From assembly GCA_951406725.2 (NCBI GenBank), contig OX597835.1, positions 16,182,001 to 16,246,000 on the forward strand: DNA of 64,000 bases, in the 5' to 3' direction. The position numbers and the translations under genes are program-made. Of the stretch, positions 61,386 through 64,000 are shown in pieces (the stretch's first letter is position 1; each line of letters begins with the position of its first letter). Under the pieces are notes generated by a model that saw nothing but the letters and a program-made list of their open reading frames with translations, was not told where the DNA came from and did no database searches. The DNA is from Octopus vulgaris (taxonomy: Eukaryota).

Positions 61386-61740
61386 TGTAGTTATTATGTT
61401 ATAAACACTGAATATAATCAAAGTCAATATTTCAATTAAGTACGTAGTTAGCACCCCTCTTTTTATAATTAAATCAATAATTAATTTAAATGCGTAAGTG
61501 TAGCTATGGCTAAGTGGTTAAGAAATTTGCTTTGTAACTACATAGTTTTGGGTTCTGTCCCATTGCGTGACACCTTGGGCAAGTTAATTGTTTTCAGTCT
61601 GTTTTATAATGGTATTTTCTTTGTATCTTTTTTATTTGTTTCTATTTTTATCTATTTATATCCTTACGCCTACACAAAAGAAATCACTTCACAAGTTGAA
61701 ACTGTGTGTGTGAATGTGTATGTATGGATGTGAGTGTATG

Positions 61741-61781
<41 letters not shown>

Positions 61782-62896
61782 CCTTGTTGTGACTGTAAAT
61801 AAATGTCGACGTCATCATCCGTGGGATCCTTCGTATTTAATCTTTTATGGAAACATGTTTGGCCATAGAGAAATACTGCCTTACTTGGGAAAAGACGAAG
61901 GTCATCAATATCCGGCTGTGGAAAACCTGCGTCAATCAATTCTGACTGACCCATCCCAAACGTTGGGCCAAGTGGCTGTTAAAATTATGATGATGATGAT
62001 CATCATCATCATTATTTAATGTCTGTTTTCCATGCTGGTATGGGCCGGATGATTTGAGAGGAACTGGTAAGGTCAGGTTCCGTTGTCTGTTTTGACATGG
62101 TTTTTGCAGAAGGATGCCATTCCTAATGTCAACCACTTTATAGAGTGTACTGAGTACTTTTTATGCGACACCAGCACCAGTGCATTTTATGTGATGCCAG
62201 CACTGATGTTCACCAAGTACTCACATACACACACGCACGCACGTCTGTGTGTGTGTATCTCCATATCAAAACGCTGTCTAAGATTTAATCAATGATGTCT
62301 CCCTAACTGACTGATCCACACCACCACATTCTCTGACAATTCTATCTCTATACCCCACAGTCTTGTAACTATTTGGCAGACATGTGAAGAATACAAGGAC
62401 TTCATTCTCCAAGACTCTGAAGACTTCTCTGTCAGGACTTGTTTCTGTTAAATTAGCAACCATTCCTAGAAATAAACCTCAATTTTTTCTCTATAACTCC
62501 TCACACAAAAAGTTTTATACGAAGTCTTTGCTAAAAATGAAACCGAATATTGGCTGTTTAAGCACAAGACAGCCTCTGATCAAACAAACCTATGATCAAA
62601 GCATTCCAACAATGGCCATCCTATATTATTTATAGACAATATATGCAAGTGTCTTCTACTATAAGCCCTTGGACAACCAACGCTCTGTGAGTGAATTTGG
62701 TAAATGGAAACTGTGTGGAAGCCTATGGTACATGTGTGCGTGTGTGTGTGTTTTTGTATCCTACCCACTGCTTGTCAACTTATGTTGATTTGTTTACATC
62801 TCAGTAACTTAGCAGTTTGCAAGAGAGACTGATAAAATATGCACCAGACTTAAAAAAAACCAAAAAAACCATAAGTACAGGGGTCAATTAGTTCAA

Positions 62897-63549
62897 CTGC
62901 TCCAGCATAGCCACAATCCAACAAGTGAGGCAAGATAAAACATGCATACATCTTAGTGTGAGGAAAATTTTGCTGCTATTTCTAGCAGGTCGAGTAACCC
63001 CCACACAGCAGGTCTTCCTCAATGTAAATACAAGCAACAACAACGTGAAGAGTACATGGTTTAAAGAGTACCAGAAGAGTACTAGAACAAGCGGGGATGG
63101 GAGGAGAAGGCTGCTCCAGCATAGCCACAGTCCAACAAGTGAGACAAGATAAAACATGCGTACATCTTAGTGTGAGGAAAATTTTGCTGCTGTTTCTAGC
63201 AGGTCGAGTAACCCCCACACAGCAGGTCTTCCTCAATGTAAATACAAGCAACAACAACGTGAAGAGTACATGGTTTAAAGAGTACCAGAAGAGTACTAGA
63301 ACAAGCGGGATGGGAGGAGGAGAAGGCTGCTCCAGCATAGCCACAGTCCAACAAGTGAGGCAAGATAAAACATGCGTACATCTTAGTGTGAAGAAAATTT
63401 TGCTGCTATTTCTAGCAGGTCGAGTAACCCCCACACAGCAGGTCTTCCTCAATGTAAATACAAGCAACAACAACGTGAAGAGTACATGGTTTAAAGAGTA
63501 CCAGAAGAGTACTAGAACAAGCGGGGATGGGGGGGGGAGGAGAAGGCTG
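62897..63549. repeat. Three near-identical ~215-bp tandem units starting in a family A SINE tail
   Basis: ctgctccagcatagccaca starts at 62897, 63111 and 63327. Confidence 0.95.
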
Positions 63550-63877
63550 GTATGGGCAGAGAGAGAAGCATTAACAGCGATGATGACAGAAAGAGGAATA
63601 TGAAAACGTAAGTGGTTCTGACGGCGCCAGAAATGGTAGATTTTGGAAGAACAGGCAGGGCAAGTAGCAACAGAAACAACAACATTACTTGAACATTACT
63701 CATCTATACCCTACCTAACACAGATAACCAGCTCGGTTCCACCCCACCAACCACCACCCCCCAACCACCAACCACCACCGCCGCCGCCGCCAACAGTGCA
63801 GCTGCCACCAACCACCACCACCACCACCACTACCATCACTATCAACACCACACTCGTACCACAGCAGTTGCCACCAC

Positions 63878-63925
<48 letters not shown>

Positions 63926-64000
63926 ATACACATACACACACACAAGTACCATTGTTTATAACAGCTCCATTCTGAATTTCCTTAGGATTCTTAGAGAAAG

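Overview
This is AT-rich, repeat-saturated eukaryotic genomic DNA with no host protein-coding exon that I can support, so it is intronic or intergenic. The tRNA-headed SINE families and very dense (TA)n/(CA)n/(CT)n tracts suggest a cephalopod, probably Octopus (inference). The window is a palimpsest of mobile elements. (1) More than 50 SINE/retroposon copies, built from at least 4 heads and at least 7 tails in mix-and-match combinations. (2) LINE fossils of several clades: RTE-type (one twin-primed, one with three C2H2 fingers), HERO-like RLE-type and CR1-group, including the 3' end of a probable partner LINE of the commonest SINE. (3) A Helitron helicase fragment and three non-autonomous Helitrons. 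(4) A Tigger/pogo transposase fossil and several TIR elements/MITEs with nested insertions. (5) Penelope-like remnants with degenerate minimal hammerhead motifs, one forming a perfect 57-bp hairpin. (6) Six minisatellite arrays. A phased cluster of three RFX X-box motifs near 12.4 kb is the best host regulatory signal. Nearly all long ORFs in the track are repeat artefacts. Family labels A-E are my own, assignments are by eye, and repeat boundaries are approximate.
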